Shown: one piece after another, positions 60,840 through 64,000 of the stretch
Layout: every line of letters starts with the position of its first letter
Position numbering within the stretch: position 1 is the stretch's first letter
Program-made: the position numbers and the translations under genes
Origin: an uncultured Robinsoniella sp.
GTDB lineage: Bacteria > Bacillota > Clostridia > Lachnospirales > Lachnospiraceae
NCBI RefSeq assembly: GCF_900540475.1
Contig: NZ_UQGG01000003.1
DNA length: 64,000 nt
Strand: one strand, 5' to 3'
The notes under the pieces: generated by a model
Seen by the model: only the letters and a program-made list of their open reading frames with translations
Told to the model about the DNA's origin: nothing
Database searches by the model: none

Positions 60840-63221
60840 ATGACGAATAACTATACGGGACTGAACGATGATGAAGTACAAAAACGTATTAACCTGGGTG
60901 AGGTCAATACGGTAGACACGAACATATCCAAATCGAAAAAGGATATTGTGAAAACCCATACGCTGACTTATTTTAACTTTTTAAATTTATTCTTAGGCGT
61001 ATTGGTTCTGATATCGGGGCAATTTAAGAATATTACATTTATGGGAGTTATAATCATTAACTCAGTGATTGGTATTGCCCAGGAATTTAAAGTAAAGAAG
61101 CTGATTGATAAACTGTCGGTTATAACAGCATCCAAAGCAAAGGTGATCCGAAGCGGTGCCAGAATTACGATCCCGGTAAATGAGGTGGTAATTGATGACA
61201 TTCTGATAGTGGAAAACGGAGATCAGGTGTGTTCTGACAGTATTGTTCTGGAATCTGACGGTATTGAAGTAAATGAATCCATGCTTACCGGAGAATCCAA
61301 GCCGGTGAAGAAGAAACCCGGAGACGTTCTTATGTCAGGCAGTTATCTGGTAGCAGGCAGCGGCATTGGGCGTGTGGAACATGTGGGAGAAGAGAATTAT
61401 GCCACAGAGCTAGCGAAAAAAGCTAAGAGCAAGAAACGTGCCACGTCAGAAATGCAGCGAACGATTAAACGGATTATCAAGGTGCTGGGTATTTTGATTA
61501 TTCCGGTTGGAATTTTATTATTCTGGTCCCAGAAAAGCATTCATGATATCAGCTTTTCAAACGCCCTTGTCAGTACCGTTGCCGGAATTATTGGAATGAT
61601 CCCGGAAGGGCTGGTCTTACTTACCAGTGTATCCTTTATCCTGGGGGTTGGCCGTCTGGCGAAGCAGCGTGCCCTGGTACAGGAAATGGAGGCAATCGAA
61701 GCTCTCGCCAGAGTAAATGTGCTCTGCCTGGATAAAACAGGTACCATTACCACCGGGAACCTGGAAGTTGTGGAAGTGGTGCCGCTTGGAGATACAGAGA
61801 GTATCCGCGTTGAAAATGTAATGAATGAAATAGCGTTTGCCTTTGATGACGTAAATGCTACGCAAAATGCATTGATGCAGCGCTTTAAGAAAACAAATCT
61901 CTGGCAAGTGGAAGAGAAGATTCCTTTTTCTTCAGATCGCAAATACAGGGCGATCCGGTTTGGGCAGGAAGGCGCATTTGTACTTGGAGCACCGGAGTTT
62001 TTAATCCGGGATGACGAAGAATTAAAAGCCAGGGTGGATGGCTATTCCAATCAGGGTTTCCGTGTTCTGCTTCTTGGCAGCTGCGAGAATATGTCTCAGG
62101 AAGATGGATCGGTGGACGGAGTAACTCCGGTGGGACTGGTGGTTATTACTGATCAGATTCGTACTACCGCTAAGGATACCTTTGCATATTTCAAAGAGCA
62201 GCAGGTAGAGATTAAGGTTATCTCAGGGGATAATCCCATAACCGTTTCCAATATTGCGGTGAAAGCAGGATTGGAAGGCGGAGAACATTATGTGGATGCT
62301 TCCACGCTTCCGGAAGATTTTGAAGAACTCAAAGAGCAGGTTGCAAAGTATTCCGTATTTGGCAGGGTTCGCCCCGAGCAGAAACAAAGCATTGTAAAAG
62401 CCTATCAGGCAAACCAGAAGGTTGTGGGAATGGTAGGAGATGGTGTCAATGATGTTCTGGCTTTAAAAGATGCCGACTGCGGTATTGCCATGGCAGCGGG
62501 AAGTGATGCGGCAAAGCAGGTTGCCCATATTGTACTTCTGGATTCGGATTTTGCATCTATGAAGAACATTGTGCGGGAAGGCCGCATGATCATTACAAAT
62601 ATTGAAAAAGTTAGTGCGCTGTATCTGACTAAAACCATATATTCCGTTATTTTATGTGTTATATTTATATTTTTACAGCGTTCTTATCCCTTTATTCCCA
62701 TTCAGCTGTCCTGGATCAGCAGTACTGCAATCGGAATCCCTAGTTTTATCTTAACACTGGAGCAGACGGAAGGTGTGACTACCACCGGTTTCTTGAAGCA
62801 TGTACTGCGGGTGTCACTGCCGGCTGCATTGACGATGGTTCTTACTATGAGTACGATACAGGCATTAAGTCCTTTCTGGGGTATGAACGAAACGATGACT
62901 TCTACCTTTAACCTGCTTGTTGGCGGTATGGTGAGTATGCTGGTGGTATTCCGAGTATGCAGACCTATGAATATGCTCAGAAGAGTGCTGAGTATTGGGG
63001 TAGTTGCTATCTTTTGTACAGGAATTCTCATTGCTCCGGGATTGTTGGGGATATATGATGTATTCCGATGGGAAGTAATCTTTGTGATACCAATGATCTG
63101 TATGGCGCTGGTACTGGAACGGGGATTTGCAAGATTTGTGAACTACTGTTATATTTTAAAGGATAAGATCTCAAAAAAAGTATATGAAAAGTTAAGAAAG
63201 CATTATACCAGTATTAATTAA
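60840..63221 (+). CDS. Cation-transporting P-type ATPase (CtpE-like)
   Basis: LTGES, IPEGL, DKTGT, ISGDN and GDGVND motifs. Confidence 0.93.
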   Translation: MTNNYTGLNDDEVQKRINLGEVNTVDTNISKSKKDIVKTHTLTYFNFLNLFLGVLVLISGQFKNITFMGVIIINSVIGIAQEFKVKKLIDKLSVITASKAKVIRSGARITIPVNEVVIDDILIVENGDQVCSDSIVLESDGIEVNESMLTGESKPVKKKPGDVLMSGSYLVAGSGIGRVEHVGEENYATELAKKAKSKKRATSEMQRTIKRIIKVLGILIIPVGILLFWSQKSIHDISFSNALVSTVAGIIGMIPEGLVLLTSVSFILGVGRLAKQRALVQEMEAIEALARVNVLCLDKTGTITTGNLEVVEVVPLGDTESIRVENVMNEIAFAFDDVNATQNALMQRFKKTNLWQVEEKIPFSSDRKYRAIRFGQEGAFVLGAPEFLIRDDEELKARVDGYSNQGFRVLLLGSCENMSQEDGSVDGVTPVGLVVITDQIRTTAKDTFAYFKEQQVEIKVISGDNPITVSNIAVKAGLEGGEHYVDASTLPEDFEELKEQVAKYSVFGRVRPEQKQSIVKAYQANQKVVGMVGDGVNDVLALKDADCGIAMAAGSDAAKQVAHIVLLDSDFASMKNIVREGRMIITNIEKVSALYLTKTIYSVILCVIFIFLQRSYPFIPIQLSWISSTAIGIPSFILTLEQTEGVTTTGFLKHVLRVSLPAALTMVLTMSTIQALSPFWGMNETMTSTFNLLVGGMVSMLVVFRVCRPMNMLRRVLSIGVVAIFCTGILIAPGLLGIYDVFRWEVIFVIPMICMALVLERGFARFVNYCYILKDKISKKVYEKLRKHYTSIN

Positions 63222-63236
63222 ACTGGGAATATCATG

Positions 63237-63307
63237 AATACGGCTGTAGAATCAGCCAGAACTGGGCTTAAAGCTCTTCTGGGTGATTTTACAGCCGTAT
63301 TTTATTT
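63237..63307. terminator. Long bidirectional hairpin between convergent genes
   Basis: AATACGGCTGTA / TACAGCCGTATT outer stem with paired interior and T-tail. Confidence 0.75.
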
Positions 63308-63441
63308 ACCCGGCGCATCTTCCCAACAGGTTCAAACAGACCCGCACAAGTGCTTGGCGGGTCATTTGGCATTTTAGGCAGAGGGAAGATTCTTGACAGT
63401 TAGACAGAGGTGAGATTAGACCTTGTTTATGTTGGTGGTTT

Positions 63442-64000
63442 TTATTGGTGAAGATCATCGGAAAGCTGGTACATTTCCTTATAGTCTTTTGGGGAAATGC
63501 CGTACTCTTTTTTAAAAGCCCGATAAAAGCTGGAATAGTCTTTAAAACCATATTGTTCGAAAACTCTGCTGATTGGCATACTGCCAAGAATGGCATCTTT
63601 GCAGGCATGCAGCCGTTTTTTTGTAATGTACTGGTGGATGGAGATGCCGATATTGTCTTTAAACGTATGGGAAATATAAAACTTGCTGACATAAAACTGC
63701 TGTGCCAGATGCTCCAGGGACAGGTCTGCATCCAGGTGATCCGATACATAATTACAAATATTCAGATACAGGGATTTCTCTGAAGTGGCGGATTTCTGAT
63801 GATTCTGTTCATAAACCAGCCGGTTCAGGTAAAGAATCAGGGTATTGATCTGCAGGGATATTTCAGATTCTTTTCCAAATCGATCGTTTCTGGTTTCTTC
63901 GATCAGCCGGAAGATCATGGATTGTATGGCGTTAAAGGTAATGACTTCCGTATGGTAGACATAGTGCTTTGCAGTAACGGTATACTGCATCAGGTAGATA
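63442..64000 (-). CDS. AraC-family transcriptional regulator, 5'-truncated by window edge
   Basis: LSLEHLAQQFYVSKFYISHTFK and GFKDYSSFYRAFKKEYGISP motifs. Confidence 0.9.
   Translation of the reverse strand, partial: IYLMQYTVTAKHYVYHTEVITFNAIQSMIFRLIEETRNDRFGKESEISLQINTLILYLNRLVYEQNHQKSATSEKSLYLNICNYVSDHLDADLSLEHLAQQFYVSKFYISHTFKDNIGISIHQYITKKRLHACKDAILGSMPISRVFEQYGFKDYSSFYRAFKKEYGISPKDYKEMYQLSDDLHQ

Noticed and set aside
60750..60840. yybP-ykoY or M-box riboswitch before the P-type ATPase
   Set aside because: The conserved motifs are not visible and the leader is too short.

Overview
This window looks like a spore-forming Clostridia chromosome segment, probably Lachnospiraceae-like (inferred from gene content and order). 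(1) 1-15.1 kb is a glycan-utilisation locus: an ABC permease, a GH29 alpha-L-fucosidase and a large secreted GH127/GH146-type enzyme. It is followed by a four-gene overlapping operon encoding a catalytically eroded paralog of that enzyme, a YesM-like kinase, a YesN-like regulator and a solute-binding lipoprotein with no permease. This operon is the best candidate for an undescribed pseudo-enzyme-assisted sensing system. (2) 15.2-47.3 kb is mostly housekeeping: prmA-rsmE-iscS-thiI, HPr-like, mtaB, ireB-ruvX, rnj, trmR/U32, sigK, comM-dprA-topA-codY, Cys-rich DUF4489-like genes, groESL with CIRCE, and pepF. It also holds a 165-bp palindromic MITE-like element. (3) 47.6-53.9 kb is an AT-rich decayed island after tRNA-Gly(GCC). 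It contains a group II intron remnant split by a complete IS66 (8-bp target duplication, frameshifted tnpC), an apparent second intron 3' end, phage-like XRE and small genes, and a candidate ~145-nt sRNA. (4) 54-64 kb holds ROK-MFS-PHP, an orphan sugar-binding protein, MarR-MATE, a P-type ATPase and a partial AraC gene. All family calls come from motif recognition by eye; no database searches were run.
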